A stretch of 64,000 nucleotides of DNA. Source: a bacterium. GTDB taxonomy: Bacteria > Bacteroidota > Ignavibacteria > UBA10030. The stretch covers positions 32,001 to 96,000 of the forward strand of contig JAZDJN010000091.1 in assembly GCA_043803945.1 (NCBI GenBank), given 5' to 3'. Below the pieces are notes generated by a model that saw only the letters and a list, made by a program, of their open reading frames with translations, did no database searches and was not told the origin of the DNA. Positions 20,087-31,893 of this stretch are shown here, piece after piece (position 1 is the stretch's first letter; every line of letters starts with the position of its first letter). The translations under genes were made by a program, and so were the position numbers.

Positions 20087-21222
20087 TGAAAATCGGACTC
20101 CTTTGCATTGTGTGCACGCTGTAATACCCTGATGTAGTGAACTATCGCCCACCGGTCATCCCGCGAAATTTGTGATGCATAGGAAGGCATTATGTTCTGG
20201 CCTTCTGTGATCACGTGATAGACATTTCCATCCGGCCAGTTTCGAACTTTGTCGGAATGAAGGGTTGGAGGATTTGGAAATTGCCCCGCCAACCGGCTGT
20301 CGCCCGTACCAAAATTGCCATGACATGGACTGCAATAGGTGAGGAACCTCTCTTTACCGCGCATCAGAACCTGTTTTGTAGGACCCAGCGGATTGATCAG
20401 TAACTTTCCGGCATCGTCGGGTTTTCCCTTGAAGGCGTAAGGAATGAAACTACGGGCGACAGTACCATCTACCGGCGGACGCATGCCAATGCCATCCTTG
20501 AATAGTTCACTCGATCGCTGAGCTTTTTGTTTTTCCTGAGTCATCATCCATGAGAACGGTTCCATATACACCAGCTTGTTCAATGTAAAATATCCGGCTG
20601 CGCTGACAACCAGTGCGGTAACTGCAAGAACTCCCAAAAACCTTAGATCGAAGATCCGCTGACCATGGTTCATCTCCTCGAGATCGAAATAGACGGGAGT
20701 GATTTCTTTGGAACCCAATGATTTGAAGAGAGCATCAATTTCCTTTTGATTGAATTTCGGATCCTCGGCTTCGATATAGATCCCAAATCGATTGGCAGAA
20801 ACCCGCTTCATATAGGGAGTATCATGAAGCGGATGGGTATTGTTCGGAAATTTAAAGTAAAGCACAATCATTGTGACAGTCGATAGAACAGAGGCAAGGA
20901 GAACCGTCAGCTCGAATGAGATTGGGACAAACGCGGGCCATGACCAGAATGGCTTGCCGCCAATGACGAGCGGATAATCCTGCAGCGTCACCCAACTGAT
21001 AAACGAAATGGCTGTCAGTGCACCCATAGCACCGAATACCAATGCAAAATATCCGAGCTTCGACGGTTTGCTTTTCATCGCCAGATCCATCCCATGGAGA
21101 GGATAGGGCGTGTTGACATCGAAGCGCGAATAACCGGCACTGCTCACCGCCTCAGCCGCATGAGTGATCTCATCGGGAGTATCGAACAATGCCGTTATTG
21201 CATAGAGTGGATTTTCGTTCAT
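20083..21222 (-). CDS. actDE: fused ActD (DUF3341) - ActE (monoheme cytochrome c)
   Basis: TPYPLHG, IGGKP, FELTVL (ActD) followed by MRPPV.GTVAR, CSPCHG, MPSY..QI...DRWAIV (ActE). Confidence 0.88.
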   Translation of the reverse strand: MNENPLYAITALFDTPDEITHAAEAVSSAGYSRFDVNTPYPLHGMDLAMKSKPSKLGYFALVFGAMGALTAISFISWVTLQDYPLVIGGKPFWSWPAFVPISFELTVLLASVLSTVTMIVLYFKFPNNTHPLHDTPYMKRVSANRFGIYIEAEDPKFNQKEIDALFKSLGSKEITPVYFDLEEMNHGQRIFDLRFLGVLAVTALVVSAAGYFTLNKLVYMEPFSWMMTQEKQKAQRSSELFKDGIGMRPPVDGTVARSFIPYAFKGKPDDAGKLLINPLGPTKQVLMRGKERFLTYCSPCHGNFGTGDSRLAGQFPNPPTLHSDKVRNWPDGNVYHVITEGQNIMPSYASQISRDDRWAIVHYIRVLQRAHNAKESDFQ

Positions 21223-21237
21223 ACAATCTGCACTCGA

Positions 21238-22608
21238 CTAATGTTTGCCTGGTTGCGCATTCGGTATCACTGCTTTCATTTCGGCAATCGAGACTGCCGG
21301 CAGGAAGCGGACAAAGAGCAACACGAGCGTGAAGAATAAACCAAATCCCAGCAGGAGAATTCCAAAGTCAAAAATTGTCGGTGTAAAATGCCCCCAGCTT
21401 GAAGGAAGAAAATCACGGGAGAGCGTTGTCACAATAATCACATACCGCTCGAACCACATCCCGACATTCACAAGTATGCCGATGATGAACATTAGCGGAA
21501 TATTGGTACGGATTTTTTTGAACCAGAACAACTGAGGAAAGATTACATTACAGGAGACCATCGTCCAGTATGCCCATGCATAAGGGCCAAGGGCCCTGTT
21601 TAAAAAGACAAATCGTTCAAATTGACTGCCGCTGTACCAGGCAATGAAAAATTCCATCGCATACGCATAGCCGACCATGCTCCCTGTCAGGAGAATTACT
21701 TTGTTCATGTTCTCAAGGTGACGGAGTGTAATGATCGGCTCCAGCTTGAAATACTTTCTTACAAAGATGAGAACGTTCTGGACCATCGCAAATCCGGAAA
21801 AGACTGCACCTGCAACAAAGTATGGCGGGAAGATTGTGGCATGCCATCCGGGATTCACAGAGACTGCAAAATCGAAACTGACGATGGTATGAACAGAAAG
21901 AACGAGTGGTGTTGCGAACCCGGCAAGGATGAGATACATCTTCTCGTAATGGCTCCAGTGACGATTTGAAAATCGCCAGCCGAGGCTCAGTACAGAATAA
22001 GCCAGTTTTTTATATTTACTCGTCGTTCGATCGCGCAGCGTCGCAAAATCCGGGATCAAGCCAAGATACCAGAATACGAGCGACACCGTGAAGTAGGTTG
22101 AGACTGCGAAGACATCCCACACAAGGGGTGACATGAAATTCACCCAGAGGGAATGTTGATTCGGATAGGGCATTAGGTACCCTGCCAGCCATGGGCGGCC
22201 CAGATGGGCAACCGTAACAAACATTCCGGCGCATATAACTGCAAAAATAGTCATTGCTTCCGCAAACCGCGCTATCGCATTTCGCCACCGCTGGCGCATC
22301 AAAAAAAGAATCGCTGAGATTAATGTGCCGGCATGACCAATGCCAACCCAGAAGACGAAATTTGTCACATCGAATGCCCATGCTACTGGTTGGTTGAATC
22401 CAAGAAGTCCTATGCCCTGGAAGAGCAGGAGCGTCACAGTTCCAAGCCCGACAGCGAGGAGTGTCAGGGCTACACCAAATGCGATCCACCACCGTCTGGA
22501 GGGGAAGCGGTCGAGAGGAGCAGAAATAGCTGCGTCGAGATGTGCAGCCTCAACTGTTCCAACAGTAATCTCAGGCTCATGACGATAATCGACTGCCGTC
22601 AGGCTCAA
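21238..22608 (-). CDS. actC: alternative complex III subunit C (NrfD/PsrC family)
   Basis: [40 protein letters not shown]. Confidence 0.94.
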   Translation of the reverse strand: MSLTAVDYRHEPEITVGTVEAAHLDAAISAPLDRFPSRRWWIAFGVALTLLAVGLGTVTLLLFQGIGLLGFNQPVAWAFDVTNFVFWVGIGHAGTLISAILFLMRQRWRNAIARFAEAMTIFAVICAGMFVTVAHLGRPWLAGYLMPYPNQHSLWVNFMSPLVWDVFAVSTYFTVSLVFWYLGLIPDFATLRDRTTSKYKKLAYSVLSLGWRFSNRHWSHYEKMYLILAGFATPLVLSVHTIVSFDFAVSVNPGWHATIFPPYFVAGAVFSGFAMVQNVLIFVRKYFKLEPIITLRHLENMNKVILLTGSMVGYAYAMEFFIAWYSGSQFERFVFLNRALGPYAWAYWTMVSCNVIFPQLFWFKKIRTNIPLMFIIGILVNVGMWFERYVIIVTTLSRDFLPSSWGHFTPTIFDFGILLLGFGLFFTLVLLFVRFLPAVSIAEMKAVIPNAQPGKH

Positions 22609-25600
22609 GCGACATTCTCCGATTCAATGTTTCGTAATTTTGCAAGATAGGTAACGTTCGGCCTGGCATTCGTTTCTTCAAGAATATGATATCCCAGCTT
22701 ATGCTTTCGATAATGCGACACCTCAGATTGAGGATCGTTCATATCGCCAAAGACAATCGCTGTAGCCGGACATGCATCCTGGCAGGCGGTTCTAACCTCG
22801 CTCCCCTTCAGTTCACGCCCCTGCTCGGCAGCATGTTGACGAGTCTCCATGATTCGCTGTACACAGAATGTACATTTCTCCATCACTCCCCGCGACCGCA
22901 CTGTCACTTCCGGATTATGCATTAGATTTATCGGCTGCTGCTCATAATATCCCTCTGCCAGATGATCACGCCAGTTAAAGAAATTATAGCGGCGGACTTT
23001 GAAGGGACAGTTGTTTGAACAGTATTTCGTTCCCACGCAGCGGTTGTAGACCATTTGGTTCAAACCATCGGGGCTATGATTCGTCGCAACAACCGGGCAG
23101 ACATTTTCGCATGGAGCGTTATCACAGTGCTGGCACAACATCGGCTGTTGGCTCAGCGATGGTTGATCGGCAGAGCCGGCATAATACCGGTCAATCCGAA
23201 TCCAATGCATCTCACGCCCATTCTTAACCTGCTCCTTGCCAACCACTGGAATATTGTTTTCAACATTACAGCCCGCCACACAAGCATTGCAGCCGATGCA
23301 TTTATTCAGGTCTATCGCCATCGCCCATTTCAGACCATGGTATTCCACTTCCTTAGTGATGCTCGGGAGCTCTTTCTTGCGGTGATGGAGAAAGTTCTGA
23401 TCTTTCTCAAATTGTTTTATCGTTCCTTCGCGGATGATTTCGCGCTTCAGATGCAGTTCTTTGACAAATTCATCATCCAGCGAGTGATGCTCCTGAGTTG
23501 AAACGAGCTCGTGTTGGCCTGTCCTCTTATTCACCCGGGCCCCGGAAAAATATCTTGCTCCTGTGAGCGATTCAGCCGAAAGCAGCGCTTGTGCATCAAA
23601 ACCCACTTCGGTTCCTATTGGCCCGGCATTGGTCCTGCCATAGCCCAATTCGATAGTGATCGTCTGATCAGCCTGGCCGGGCTGGATGAATACCGGAAGC
23701 GAAAGCGATCCATGTGGCAGTGTAATCTCGATGAGATCATTAATTTCGACACCCAATTCTTTTGCCGTGCCGGAAGAAATGGCTGCATAATTATCCCAGA
23801 CAATCTTCGAGACGGGATGGGGAAGTTCCTGCAGCCAGCCATTGTTGGCATAGCGTCCATCGCCAATGTAATAGTTTTCTACAAGAGCGACGGTATAGCC
23901 GCTCGCCGAATTCAGAGTGAGCGCATTGAATGCCTCCATCTTGAATTTCAGAGAAGGCTGCTGAAGATCTTCTGCCTTGAAGGCACCATCATGAAGCGAT
24001 GCAAACCAGAACGCTTGAAAATCCACTGGTCTGTTGAACGCGGGATAAAGTTTTTTCTCCCAATGAGATTTCAGATATTCATGATACAGTGCCTCTTTAT
24101 AACTATCCTTTCCACTCATCCACGTGAGCAGGACCGTTTCTTTCTGTCGTGTTTCATAAAGCGGGGCAATGACCGGCTGCTGGAACGAATAAACGCCGCG
24201 CCTCACCTCGTAATCACCCCAGGATTCGAGCGTGTGGTTCACCGGCAATACATACGTGCAGTGTCTTGATGTCTCATCGTCTGCCTCAACAAGGCTGATG
24301 CTGACAGGAACGGATTTCAATGCCTCTTCGTACCCTAAAGACTTTGGGAGATGATAAACTGGATTGGTGTCAACATGGATTACTATGCCAACTTCTCCTG
24401 CTTTCATTCTGCCTATCAAATCATCGAATTCTTTTGGAGACGTGAGATCGCCGAAAGAGACCGAGCGAGATGAGGAGTAGAGTTTCCCATTGCCAAGAAG
24501 CTCGTTGAGGTAAATCACGGCGATATGCACTTCAGCAGGAAGAATGTCTCCAGCCCAAACCATCGACGAACCAGCATGCACCAGGAGATCGTTGACCAGC
24601 CGGTCTGCCGCTTCTTTTGAGAGAGAATACTTCTCTGCGATGCGCGAGAGTGTGAGTGTTGTAGGCCATTGCTTCGAAGAAACCGGCAGCTTCCCTTTGC
24701 TTTGCCTTCCTACAATCTCGTTAATCAGGGCAATCACAAATTCAAGCTGCGCATCGGGCCGTAAGCGCATCCGATAATCGGCATTTGCGCCTGTCAGGCT
24801 CATCCGGCTTTCGATCACATAGAGCCGGTTTAACTCCTTTGACTTCATGATATCGCGGCTATCGGTGAATCGGCGGATTTGGTCGAGCGAATCTCCTTCT
24901 GTCCCAAGGAAGTCTGATTCCAATGCCAACACGACCTTTGCATTCTCCCACTCCACAACGGGTATTTCCGTAGTGGCATAGGACTGCACCCAGGCCTGTC
25001 GCCGTGTGGCATTATTATGAAGTGCATAGGTATAGAGACGCGTGGCAGGATATTTTTTTCTGAATTCTTCCAGCAAGTTTGCAGCGGTCGGCGATTGGAG
25101 TGGATGAGAAATAAGAGCAATCTCTTTTTTCGCTGTACTGCATTGCTCAAGCGATTTTACAATTTCGGCATCGGCCTGCTTCCAACTCAGGTGGCCCGTC
25201 TTTCCTGATGAGGTTCCAAATTGCGGTTCTCGTAATCGCACGGGATCATAGAGATTGAGAATGCTCGCCTGCCCCTTGGCACAGATCTTACCACGATTGA
25301 TAGGATGGTCAGGATTACCATCAATTTTTATTGGCCTGCCCTCCCGGGTCTTCACAAGAATTCCGCATGATTGCGAGCAGCCATCGCATGTCGAGGCGTA
25401 ATAATTTGCAGCGCCCGGAGTCACTTCTTCCGGTTTTTTATTGTACGGTACGATTTCACCGCGATCGTTATAACTGCTGCATCCGGCCGATGTGAATGCC
25501 GCTGAAGCTGTCAGGAGAGCCAGAAACTGTTTACGGGATAACGAGGAAACCTGTGAAAGGTCGAACTCATCCGTCACGCCGGCCATAAATTCATTTGCCT

Positions 25601-25670
25601 TTTCAGCACTGACCGATTTGCCGTCGTATAATTCGCGGAGACTCTTCCAGTATTTCGATTCATAAGACAT
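22605..25670 (-). CDS. actB: alternative complex III subunit B (molybdopterin-fold plus Fe-S)
   Basis: YWKSL leader, variant Tat SRKQFL, AGC lipobox; CIGCNAC, CQHC..APC..VCP, CVGTKYC..NCP, KCTFC; start MSYES. Confidence 0.93.
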   Translation of the reverse strand: MSYESKYWKSLRELYDGKSVSAEKANEFMAGVTDEFDLSQVSSLSRKQFLALLTASAAFTSAGCSSYNDRGEIVPYNKKPEEVTPGAANYYASTCDGCSQSCGILVKTREGRPIKIDGNPDHPINRGKICAKGQASILNLYDPVRLREPQFGTSSGKTGHLSWKQADAEIVKSLEQCSTAKKEIALISHPLQSPTAANLLEEFRKKYPATRLYTYALHNNATRRQAWVQSYATTEIPVVEWENAKVVLALESDFLGTEGDSLDQIRRFTDSRDIMKSKELNRLYVIESRMSLTGANADYRMRLRPDAQLEFVIALINEIVGRQSKGKLPVSSKQWPTTLTLSRIAEKYSLSKEAADRLVNDLLVHAGSSMVWAGDILPAEVHIAVIYLNELLGNGKLYSSSRSVSFGDLTSPKEFDDLIGRMKAGEVGIVIHVDTNPVYHLPKSLGYEEALKSVPVSISLVEADDETSRHCTYVLPVNHTLESWGDYEVRRGVYSFQQPVIAPLYETRQKETVLLTWMSGKDSYKEALYHEYLKSHWEKKLYPAFNRPVDFQAFWFASLHDGAFKAEDLQQPSLKFKMEAFNALTLNSASGYTVALVENYYIGDGRYANNGWLQELPHPVSKIVWDNYAAISSGTAKELGVEINDLIEITLPHGSLSLPVFIQPGQADQTITIELGYGRTNAGPIGTEVGFDAQALLSAESLTGARYFSGARVNKRTGQHELVSTQEHHSLDDEFVKELHLKREIIREGTIKQFEKDQNFLHHRKKELPSITKEVEYHGLKWAMAIDLNKCIGCNACVAGCNVENNIPVVGKEQVKNGREMHWIRIDRYYAGSADQPSLSQQPMLCQHCDNAPCENVCPVVATNHSPDGLNQMVYNRCVGTKYCSNNCPFKVRRYNFFNWRDHLAEGYYEQQPINLMHNPEVTVRSRGVMEKCTFCVQRIMETRQHAAEQGRELKGSEVRTACQDACPATAIVFGDMNDPQSEVSHYRKHKLGYHILEETNARPNVTYLAKLRNIESENVA

Positions 25671-25878
25671 TCGACTTCGAACTTTCTTTCGTCCTTGAGA
25701 TAGCCATCGGGTGCGTTGAGATGGTAATCGATTTCTCTTCTGAGGCCGTGCCGCGCCGGAACGATCCAATGGATCGTAACAGATTCCCTCCGAACATGCC
25801 TCCGCCGAGAGCGGTAGCCAGTTGGAGGAAAAATGTCCTTCGATTCTTTATAGTCTCCACCTTTTCGATCTTCTTCAC
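25660..25878 (-). CDS. small twin-arginine-motif protein between actA and actB
   Basis: GGAG RBS, NRRTFF followed by a hydrophobic stretch; fills the actA-actB gap and overlaps the actB start. Confidence 0.55.
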   Translation of the reverse strand: MKKIEKVETIKNRRTFFLQLATALGGGMFGGNLLRSIGSFRRGTASEEKSITISTHPMAISRTKESSKSNVL

Positions 25879-25891
25879 CTCTCTTTACTCC

Positions 25892-26461
25892 TTACCGATG
25901 GCATGCTGCACAGTGTTCGGGTCCAACTTTAATCCCGGAGATATGGGCAAGTTGTTTTGGTGCCGTCCGATGGCACTCCAAACAAGCTCCCATCGTAAAT
26001 TTCGAGACTTGACTCACGACATCCATTGCCTCAATTGTTCCATGGCAATTGACACAATCGATGCCCTTGTTGACATGCACGCTATGATTGAAGTAGGCAT
26101 AATCCGGTACTTTGTGGACTCGCTTCCACGGAAGTGCGACTCCCTCTTCAAAGTACTTCGTCAATTTAACTATTTCCGGCCGGTTCTTACGGGCAACAGA
26201 GTGGCAATTCATACAGATAGAGACCGCGGGCACACTTGCATGGGGCGAGGAGGTGGCTGCCGTATGACAATATTTGCAGTCAATGCGCATCGTTCCCGCG
26301 TGCAATTTATGGGAAAAGGCGATTGGCTGCACCGGGGCAAAGCCGACACCATCACGCTCAGCACGGGAAATAAAATAGGTTGCCAGAAATGATGCGGCAG
26401 CGACAAAAAGGACGATCGGTAATCTTATGCGTAGTGTATAGTCGAGTAGAGATTTTTTCAT
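25892..26461 (-). CDS. actA: alternative complex III subunit A, pentaheme cytochrome c
   Basis: five CxxCH (CKYCH, CMNCH, CVNCH, CLECH, CAACH), QPIAFSHK.HAG. Confidence 0.93.
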   Translation of the reverse strand: MKKSLLDYTLRIRLPIVLFVAAASFLATYFISRAERDGVGFAPVQPIAFSHKLHAGTMRIDCKYCHTAATSSPHASVPAVSICMNCHSVARKNRPEIVKLTKYFEEGVALPWKRVHKVPDYAYFNHSVHVNKGIDCVNCHGTIEAMDVVSQVSKFTMGACLECHRTAPKQLAHISGIKVGPEHCAACHR

Positions 26462-26500
26462 TCCAAGATCAGAGTGAAACGATGATATCGTTCAATTTCC

Positions 26501-26515
26501 CCAAAACGTGTGCCA
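26501..26515 (-). promoter_or_regulatory. possible sigma54-type promoter of the act/cox operon
   Basis: TGGCAC-N5-TTGG, 40 nt upstream of actA; imperfect -12 element. Confidence 0.3.
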
Positions 26516-26807
26516 ATGTTAAGAAATCTTCTTCTTCGACGCAATCATTTATCGAAGCATTTCTTCTGCACTTTTCAACAGAACATCAGATTTATTTGTT
26601 CCAATCAGTTCAGGGACAAAACAGAATTTATCGATCCTCAGGAAATAATCTTCCCGCTTTCACTATCATGCAATTGTTCCTCCTATTCCATTACCCAAAC
26701 GTTTCCATGGTTAAAGTTCAATCATCAAACAAGCGCTGACTTTTCTTTTCTCCCAACAAATCGTATTATTACTCAATGCTACTCTATCACAACAAGTTCC
26801 TCTCAGA

Positions 26808-29213
26808 ATGAACGAGTCGGACAGACAATCTGCAGTAGTATGTTACCATTGCGGTGCTCCTGCACTCGTTACCCGAATTGATGATGAAGGCAAGAGCTTT
26901 TGCTGCGCCGGATGCAAAGCAGTCTATGAGATTCTATCACAGGCGGATCTCTGCAACTATTATGAGTTCCAGCAGAATCCCGGCATCACTCCTTCGATCC
27001 GCCCCGCGAAAAAATTCGCGTACCTCGATAATCCCGAACTGAAGCGCCAATTAGTGGAATTCTCTAACGGCGAGTTGAGCGTCATCAATCTTGTAATCCC
27101 TCAGATGCATTGCAGCTCTTGCATCTGGCTCCTTGAGCATCTTCAACGCCTTCATTCCGGTATTCTGTTTTCCCGGGTCGATTTTCTGAAAAAACAGCTC
27201 CTCATTCGGTTTTACGAAAAGAAGATTTCACTCAGAGAAGTTATCGAGTTGCTTTCCTCGCTGGGCTATGAACCGGAATTGAACCTTGGCTCCGTTCAAT
27301 CGCAGCAAAAAAACACAATCGATCGAAGCCTCTATCTGAAGATTGGTGTCGCAGCGTTCTGTTTTGGAAATATCATGCTCTTCAGTCTCCCCGAATACCT
27401 AGCAACATCCCAGGAGGATCTCGGTTCACGAATATATTTTGGGTACCTCAATCTTGTTCTCTCAATTCCTGTTGTTCTGTACAGCAGTTCGATCTTCTTT
27501 AGCTCAGGATTTAAAAACCTCTTGCGAGGAGTCATTACAATCGACCTGCCTATTGCGCTCGGCATTGCCATCGTTTTCTTAAGAAGCGCTGCCGATGTTC
27601 TCTTTCAAACCGGTCCCGGTTACTTCGATTCGCTGACCGGATTAGTCTTCTTTCTTCTTCTCGGCAGGCTCTTTCAGAATAAGACATTTGACAGTCTGAA
27701 TTTCGAACGGAAGTATCATTCCTATTTTCCTCTCGCTGCTGCAATAAAAACTGCTGAGGGGGAAACTACAGTCCCGCTTACTGCGCTGAGGCCCGGTCAG
27801 AGAGTTATCATCCGGAATAATGAAATCATACCGGCAGATGGTGTTGTGATGCAAGGGAAAGCCACAATTGATTACAGTTTTGTAACGGGCGAATCTGAGC
27901 CTACTACAAAGACCATAGGAGATCTGGTGTACGCAGGCGGGAAGCAGGCAGGGGCTGCCGTGGAAATTGAACTGGTGAAGGAAGTTGCCGAAAGCGAGTT
28001 GATACAACTCTGGAGCGATTTTGGAGCGTCGGAACGCACAAAATCACATTTACTGACTCTCTCTAACACTGCCGGTAAGTATTTCACGATAGCAATTCTT
28101 CTCATTGCAGCAGTCACTGCGCTGTATTGGTGGCTCATGAATCCTTCAATCATTCTCAACGCTGTTACTGCTATTCTCATTGTGTCCTGCCCATGTGCAC
28201 TGGCGCTTGCGGCACCATTTGCGTTTGGAAGCACTATGAGAATCTTCGGGAAGAAAGGATTCTACCTGAAACAGGCGGCAGTGATTGAGAGTTTGGCAAA
28301 AGTCTATACCATTGTATTCGATAAAACAGGCACATTGACCGAAACGAAACGTGCATCCATCCGGTTCATCGGAAAGGAGCTCACCGCAAATGAACGCTCA
28401 CTCATTTCATCCGTTGCCAGATGCTCGACACATCCTCTGAGCCGAACGATCAGCGAGTATTTTGCTGCGAGTCCTTTCGAAGTTCACGACTTCGAGGAAG
28501 TTCAGGCGGCAGGGATTGCAGGCCGGGTAAATGGTTCACAAGTACGGCTCGGAACTGGACAATGGGTACATGTCGACTATTCCGCGACGGAGAACGAAGA
28601 TCAGCCGACTGCAGTGCACGCCGCTATCGATAATCAGTATCTTGGACACTTTGTGGTCAGTAACATCTATCGGTCTGGTGTCAGAGAGGTTCTGAAAAAT
28701 CTTGGCGATCACCATGCAGTGTTCCTCCTGTCGGGCGATAGTTCAAAAGAGGAAGCGACACTGCGAGTACTCTACCCCGGATTCGTCGATATGCGCTTCC
28801 GCCAACAGCCGCATGACAAACTTGAGTCTATCAAACAACTTCAACATGACGGCAGGACCGTTATGATGATTGGTGACGGCTTGAACGATGCAGGTGCACT
28901 CTGGCAGGCTGATCTTGGCATAGCGGTAACAGAGCGGAGTTCTGCTTTTTCACCGGCATGCGATGCCATCCTCACAAGTGCTTCATTTCACCAGCTCGAT
29001 CGCTTCATACATTTTTCTACGACCTCACTCCATATCGTTTATGCTGCGTTCACTCTTTCTATAGTCTACAATATCGTGGGATTATATTTTGCCGTGCAGG
29101 GTGCGCTCTCCCCCATTCTCGCAGCGATTTTAATGCCGCTCAGTTCCATTAGTGTTGTGGCATTTTCAACGCTCATCACCCAGATGCTTGCTCGGCGGAA
29201 AGGTCTCCTCTAA
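26808..29213 (+). CDS. ccoI: copper-translocating P1B-ATPase, cbb3 assembly
   Basis: CYHCG..FCCAGC, MHCSSC, TGE, CPC, DKTGTLT, HP, GDGLND. Confidence 0.93.
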   Translation: MNESDRQSAVVCYHCGAPALVTRIDDEGKSFCCAGCKAVYEILSQADLCNYYEFQQNPGITPSIRPAKKFAYLDNPELKRQLVEFSNGELSVINLVIPQMHCSSCIWLLEHLQRLHSGILFSRVDFLKKQLLIRFYEKKISLREVIELLSSLGYEPELNLGSVQSQQKNTIDRSLYLKIGVAAFCFGNIMLFSLPEYLATSQEDLGSRIYFGYLNLVLSIPVVLYSSSIFFSSGFKNLLRGVITIDLPIALGIAIVFLRSAADVLFQTGPGYFDSLTGLVFFLLLGRLFQNKTFDSLNFERKYHSYFPLAAAIKTAEGETTVPLTALRPGQRVIIRNNEIIPADGVVMQGKATIDYSFVTGESEPTTKTIGDLVYAGGKQAGAAVEIELVKEVAESELIQLWSDFGASERTKSHLLTLSNTAGKYFTIAILLIAAVTALYWWLMNPSIILNAVTAILIVSCPCALALAAPFAFGSTMRIFGKKGFYLKQAAVIESLAKVYTIVFDKTGTLTETKRASIRFIGKELTANERSLISSVARCSTHPLSRTISEYFAASPFEVHDFEEVQAAGIAGRVNGSQVRLGTGQWVHVDYSATENEDQPTAVHAAIDNQYLGHFVVSNIYRSGVREVLKNLGDHHAVFLLSGDSSKEEATLRVLYPGFVDMRFRQQPHDKLESIKQLQHDGRTVMMIGDGLNDAGALWQADLGIAVTERSSAFSPACDAILTSASFHQLDRFIHFSTTSLHIVYAAFTLSIVYNIVGLYFAVQGALSPILAAILMPLSSISVVAFSTLITQMLARRKGLL

Positions 29214-29437
29214 TGTCGGTGGTCGTCGTCTTAATAGGATTTAGTGTTCTTGTTGCTCTGGGATTTCTCATCGCGTTTATTTGGGCGGTGCGATCGGGTC
29301 AATACGACGATAAGTACACACCCTCGGTAAGAATTCTCTTTGATGATCAAAAGAAAACGAGTAATTTTGACCAACATCCAACCACCACTGGAGAAGAAAG
29401 TCCTGATCATGCAGATGGAAAAGATCAGATACGATAA
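29213..29437 (+). CDS. ccoS: cbb3 oxidase assembly protein
   Basis: FIWAVRSGQYDD..TPSVRILFDD. Confidence 0.92.
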   Translation: MSVVVVLIGFSVLVALGFLIAFIWAVRSGQYDDKYTPSVRILFDDQKKTSNFDQHPTTTGEESPDHADGKDQIR

Positions 29438-31520
29438 CGGAATCGTCCGCAATTTCGTCATTGCTACAGCCCTGTGGGGAGCAGTGGGAATGCTTGTGGG
29501 AATCCTTATCGCACTGCAACTCTTCGAGCCCGCATTCAATGCCAAACTTCAATTTATTACTTTCGGACGCATCCGTCCGCTTCATACCAATGCCGTTGTC
29601 TTTGCATTTGTTGGGAATGGTATTTTTATGGGATTATATTACTCCCTTCAGCGTCTCTGCAAAGCACGGATGTTCAGCGATCTCCTCAGCAAGATTCACT
29701 TTTGGGGATGGCAGACAATCATCGTTTCCGCCGCTCTCACACTCCCCCTCGGATTTACATCGGGAAAGGAATATGCCGAACTGGAATGGCCGATTGACAT
29801 CGCCATTACACTTATATGGGCAGTCTTGACAGTGAACGTTGTCGGGACGATCGTGAAGCGTCGCGAAAAGCATATGTACGTTGCCATCTGGTTTTATCTG
29901 GCAACGCTGGTGACTGTTGCTGTGCTCCATATCGTAAACTCCATTGAGCTGCCGGTCTCCTATCTCAAGAGTTACCCGGTCTATGCCGGCGTGCAGGATG
30001 CTCTGGTACAATGGTGGTACGGGCATAATGCTGTTGCGTTTTTTCTCACCACGCCATATTTGGGATTGATGTATTACTTTCTCCCCAAAGCGGCAAACCG
30101 GCCCGTCTATTCGTACCGGCTCTCAATTGTTCACTTCTGGTCGTTGATCTTCCTCTATATTTGGGCTGGCCCGCATCACCTTCTCTATACCGCGCTTCCT
30201 GATTGGGCACAGTCTCTCGGTACGGTATTCTCTGTGATGCTCCTTGCTCCATCGTGGGGTGGTGCTATCAATGGACTGCTGACATTGCGCGGAGCCTGGG
30301 ATAAAGTGCGGGAAGAGCCGGTATTAAAATTCATGGTAATTGCTGTTACAGCGTACGGTATGTCCACGCTCGAAGGGCCTTTGCTCTCATTAAAAAATGT
30401 GAATGCAATATCTCACTACACCGATTGGACAATCTCCCATGCCCACATTGGAGCGTTGGGATGGAACGGGTTTCTGACATTTGGAATTCTCTACTGGATC
30501 GTTCCAAAATTATGGAACACGCAGATATATTCCCGCAAATTGGCAAATTTCCATTTCTGGATTGGCACGCTTGGCATTGTATTCTATGCCGTTGGATTAT
30601 ACTGGGCTGGTATTACACAATCATTGATGTGGAAACAATTCACTTCCTTTGGCGTTCTTCAGTATCCCAATTTTCTTGAGACGGTAACACAGATCCTTCC
30701 CTTCTATATGATTCGAGCGTTTGGCGGCACTCTCTATTTCATCGGAGCACTCGTGATGATCTATACCCTCTTCAAAACCGCCAGACAGGGAAAGCTGGTG
30801 AAGAATGAGGAGGTCGAGGTTCCAAGCCGTTGGACCGACACCCACGCTGTTAAGGAAAACAAACATCGCTGGCTCGAAAAAAGGCCGATTCAATTCGCCG
30901 TCCTTTCTGCCGTTGTGATCTTGATCGGGGGCCTGGTGGAACTTATCCCCACGTTTCTGATCAAATCAAATATTCCAACGATCAGCTCGGTAAAACCCTA
31001 TACGCCGTTGGAATTGGAGGGGCGTGATATCTACATCCGAGAAGGGTGCAACACTTGTCACTCGCAGATGATACGGCCATTCAGGTCCGAGACAGAACGA
31101 TACGGCGAATATTCCAAAGCGGGAGAGTACGTCTATGATCATCCGTTCCTCTGGGGTTCAAAACGGACAGGTCCGGATCTGCATCGCGAAGGCAAGAAGT
31201 ATCCTAACCTCTGGCATTTCATGCACATGGAAAATCCACAATCTGTTTCACCGGGATCGATTATGCCTTCCTATCCCTGGTTGTTTACAAGTGATGCAGA
31301 CGTCTCGATTGCACAATTAAAAATCCGTGCCATGCAGAGGCTCGGTGTTCCATATCCAAAAGGATATGATAAGCAGGCAGCGGCAGATCTCCGGTCACAG
31401 GCTGAGAATATTGCCGCAGATTTACAGAAACAGAATGCACCTGCCGATCCCGGGAAAGAGATCATCGCACTCATTGCCTACCTGCAGCGGTTGGGCATTG
31501 ATATTGCAGTTCAGCAATAA
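29409..31520 (+). CDS. ccoNO: fused cbb3-type oxidase subunits I/II
   Basis: RIRPLHTN, WWYGHNAVAF, GPHH, HAH; REGCNTCHSQMIRP, GSKRTGPDL; start MQMEK. Confidence 0.95.
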   Translation: MQMEKIRYDNGIVRNFVIATALWGAVGMLVGILIALQLFEPAFNAKLQFITFGRIRPLHTNAVVFAFVGNGIFMGLYYSLQRLCKARMFSDLLSKIHFWGWQTIIVSAALTLPLGFTSGKEYAELEWPIDIAITLIWAVLTVNVVGTIVKRREKHMYVAIWFYLATLVTVAVLHIVNSIELPVSYLKSYPVYAGVQDALVQWWYGHNAVAFFLTTPYLGLMYYFLPKAANRPVYSYRLSIVHFWSLIFLYIWAGPHHLLYTALPDWAQSLGTVFSVMLLAPSWGGAINGLLTLRGAWDKVREEPVLKFMVIAVTAYGMSTLEGPLLSLKNVNAISHYTDWTISHAHIGALGWNGFLTFGILYWIVPKLWNTQIYSRKLANFHFWIGTLGIVFYAVGLYWAGITQSLMWKQFTSFGVLQYPNFLETVTQILPFYMIRAFGGTLYFIGALVMIYTLFKTARQGKLVKNEEVEVPSRWTDTHAVKENKHRWLEKRPIQFAVLSAVVILIGGLVELIPTFLIKSNIPTISSVKPYTPLELEGRDIYIREGCNTCHSQMIRPFRSETERYGEYSKAGEYVYDHPFLWGSKRTGPDLHREGKKYPNLWHFMHMENPQSVSPGSIMPSYPWLFTSDADVSIAQLKIRAMQRLGVPYPKGYDKQAAADLRSQAENIAADLQKQNAPADPGKEIIALIAYLQRLGIDIAVQQ

Positions 31521-31532
31521 GGAGCTACAGTA

Positions 31533-31688
31533 ATGCTGGGAAATTATCTGAATGCCATTGAAGGCATCGCAACGTATCCTCTGGTGACGTTGATGATCTT
31601 CTTTTCGTTTTTCATCGCGGTTCTCGTGATGGTTGTTCGCATGAAGAAAGAACATATTGACAAGATGAGGCAACTCCCATTGGAGTAA
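31533..31688 (+). CDS. ccoQ: cbb3 oxidase small subunit (51 aa, absent from the ORF track)
   Basis: AGGAG RBS; MLGNYLNAIEGIATYPLVTLMIFFSFFIAVLVMVVRMKKEHIDKMRQLPLE; lies directly after ccoNO. Confidence 0.85.
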   Translation: MLGNYLNAIEGIATYPLVTLMIFFSFFIAVLVMVVRMKKEHIDKMRQLPLE

Positions 31689-31722
31689 GTATTGGTAATT
31701 TCGACTAAGCTTTTATAGGAAG

Positions 31723-31859
31723 GCTCCGTAGGAGCTATATATTTCTAACAAACACGATAAACTAAGTTTGAGCTCCATAGGAGCGAGACAAGGATTGGTT
31801 ACAATTCTATTTAAAGAAAGGTTCGAATACTTCGAAGATTATATCGCTCCGAATGGAGC
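31723..31859. repeat. three REP-like GCTCC-n3/4-GGAGC palindromes
   Basis: copies at 31723-31735, 31772-31784 and 31846-31859. Confidence 0.65.
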
Positions 31860-31893
31860 TTGATTACTCTTAGTTTTTAGGTTACAAACATTC

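Noticed and set aside
26462-26807. FNR/Rex operator between the respiratory operons
   Set aside because: No convincing TTGAT-N4-ATCAA or TTGTGAA-N4-TTCACAA match.
31720-31860. CRISPR array
   Set aside because: Only three short degenerate palindromes with irregular spacing and mixed orientation; no cas genes.
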